From: Candidatus Omnitrophota bacterium
GTDB taxonomy: Bacteria > Omnitrophota > Gorgyraeia > Zapsychrales > Fredricksoniimonadaceae
Reading direction: 5' to 3'
DNA length: 64,000 nucleotides
NCBI GenBank assembly: GCA_028870995.1
Contig: JAGWOI010000002.1
Location: 110,463-174,462, forward strand
Part shown: positions 39,001 to 42,000 of the stretch, piece by piece
How positions within the stretch are numbered: position 1 is the stretch's first letter
How the letters are laid out: each line of letters begins with the position of its first letter
Notes under the pieces: generated by a model
Told to the model about the DNA's origin: nothing
What the model saw: only the letters and a program-made list of their open reading frames with translations
The model's database searches: none
Position numbers and translations under genes: made by a program

Positions 39001-42000
39001 ATGCCCATGAAAGGGGCCTTATAGCCGCCGCTGAAGCCCATGCCGATATTAATTTTGAGGCGATTAAAGGCCGCAACGGATACCTGTCCATGACGACGGG
39101 TGAAGATAAGCAGTGGAAAGCCGGCCGCCCTGCGGTGCCGGATGTGTTGGGAATGTTGTACGACGAACAGGCGCCAACCATCGAGGCGCTTTTGAACAGC
39201 GGGTCGGCATACTTAAGGAGCATCGCCCTGGAGTTTATCGACGAGGCGGTGGTGAAGGAAGAAACTTCCTATGTTAGAGAAGACGGCCGCCGCCGCAGCC
39301 GGCTGTGGGTCTTGTTGAAACACCGCAAGGTGCTGGTTTACGACAACGCCCGCTGGAGGTGGTCCTTTATCCTTTGGGCGCCGCATCCTTTTAAAACCAT
39401 CCGTCAATTATGGCACCAGGCCACCAATAGCCTTAAGGCCTACGGACGGGGCTACCGTTTGAGTCAGGACCATTATCCGGGCCGTCTTGATCTGGCCATC
39501 AAGAGCGGTTTGAGCAAGGCCGTCGAAGGTCATTGGGAATTCGACTGCTCCGCAGTTAAGCGCAGCCGGGTCGATGGCCTCAGCCAGGTTCCCGATGTGC
39601 TGGGCCTGCCTTATGAGGCCCGCCGGCTCCCTGGGGGAAGGGACCTTTTGGCAAAGCAGCCCCTGAATGCCCTCTCGACGATGTTTATTTCGCAGGTCAA
39701 GGTTTTTACGATCATGGGTAAGCCGGGCGGCGGCAAGGGAGAATTGTCCAGGTGGATCATTAAACAGCTCAATGAATTGCTGCCCGAAGGGCGCGGGTAT
39801 GAAACCTTTGTCCTGGGGGATTATTTCAGGGGCATCAAGAGGGTCAAGATGGACCCCGCTTCAGCCAGTGCCCAAGACCTGAAAAAGTATGGGCCCTTTG
39901 TTTCGCTGGTGACTGAAGAGGACCTGGCCCGGATGAAGGAGCGCCAATTGATCAGCGACCAGACGGTCATTAACATCATCACGGCCGTCTTGGAAACAGA
40001 GCCCTATAAGAACGCCTTTGGGTTGTTCCTCGACGGGTTCCCTAGGAATTTGGAGCAGGCCAGGCTTCCTTTGGAGAAAATTACCTGGCGGGGCGCGCCC
40101 CTGGCCATTGATCTATATGTTTATCTGGACATACCTAATGAAAAGAACGCTGTTTTCTATGAACGGGCCAGCCATCGAAAGGCCCAGGCGGTCCTCAACA
40201 ACGAAAAGCCGCGTGAAGATGACGAGCCGGAAACAGTGGCCAAAGGGTTAAAGACCTTTGATGAGGAAACCCGTCCGGGTATCGAGTATGTCTTGACCCA
40301 ATTTGCAGGAAAATCATTTAAGATGCAGGGCACGACGGAAGGGATGCGTGAGGACAGCATTGCCATGGACAGGGTCAATTTCATGGCCGGCTGGGCAGAA
40401 CATTTGGAGCGCCACCACAAGCGCCCCGTTATTCTGGCCCTGCCGTTCTTGCCGGCCATACAACAGGTCATGGACCAGGGATTAAGGACGTCAGATGCCC
40501 GCAGGAATTGGGACGCCATCCGGAGGGCAACGAACCTGGAATTGCGATGGGCTTTTAAGCGGGGCTCTCCCATGCCGGAAGAGGAGTTTATCAAGGCGCA
40601 TCAGGAAGTATTTGATGTGGGCCTTCGCACATGGCGCAAACCCCGTCAGGAGGAGCTTGAGGCGATCAGGCTGATGTACAGGGAAGCTTGCCGTACCTAC
40701 GACAATCATTATTGGGCCTATTTGGGTGACATCGCGCCCGGGCCGGGCTTGGTCGGCTATTTAAGGGAAAAAGGCGGGGAAGCGCATAAGCTGGCGCTTG
40801 TCGAAGCAGGTAAAATATTTTTTAAATTTCAAGCCGAGGCTTGGAAAAACCGGCAGGGCATTTTGGCGCTGCCGCCCATCCCAACGGCGATGAGTGAGGA
40901 ATTCCGGCCGGCAGGGTTAAACTTGTTGGCCCAGCATGCGCAGCTCAAGCCGCAGGCGTTCACTCAAGACTTCATTCATTCGATTCCCTCAAAGCACTGG
41001 CAGCTCTTGGACATTTATTATGGCCTTCATCAGGCGCCTGTCGCTGAGTTAAGAACTATCCATAAAAAATTACGCTCCAAAGGAATGGCTTACGGCAATT
41101 TCCGCTGGATCGCCATGATGCGCCGGTGGGTGGTCAAGAATTTGAAGAAAGTGCGGATCGGCCGTCAACAGCTGGCCTCCTTGCTTAAAACGGATGTTAA
41201 GAAAATCACCGCTGACATGATCGAGGGTTTGCCTGAAACCCATAAGACGGTCATCCGTATTAATTTTGGTATAGGCGTGCACCGGCCTTTGCAAAAAAAT
41301 TTGCTTCAAGAGGTCAGAAAGGCCCTGAAGAACGAAAAACTGACCATTGAGCAGCTGGATACCTTGCGTCAGGAAGCCGTTGAGCGTCTTGACTGGGCTG
41401 TTAGATACGGGCTTCATCAGAAATTTTATAAAAATGCGCCTGCACGGCTGCAAAGGAAAGCTCCGGTCAATAACAGCGGCCTGGAAGTACTGGCCTACGA
41501 TTTAAATATATCCGCAGTGCCATTGACCGAAGAAGTTTTACAGCAGCGGTTGAATATGATCGCTCCCAGGGCCAGGGAAGCGGTGGTCCAATATTATTGT
41601 TTGGACGGCCGGCAGCGGACATTGATGCAGATAAGCCGTCATATGGCATCTAAACGGTTCCGGGACCTGCGCAGCAATCCGTCGGCACTGACGATTCCGA
41701 ATCTGAGCCTTTTGGTCAAAAATGCGGTGAACCACATGAGGCGTTATAAGGGAGGGTTTGACTGGCTGACCCAGGAACTTAGGCTTACTCCTGAAAGGGT
41801 GCGGTCCAATTGGATGAAACTTGCCATCCATGAGGCGGCGGCATTGATTCTGCATTACGGGATCGGCACACCGCGGTTGGCGGATGATGCAGCCATAGCC
41901 GCTTTCTTTGAAAGAAATAAAATATCCGGCCTGCAGCGCACGGTCAGCACGCATGAAATAAGGCACTTGCGCATCAAGGCCAAAGAACGGCTGACCGGTG

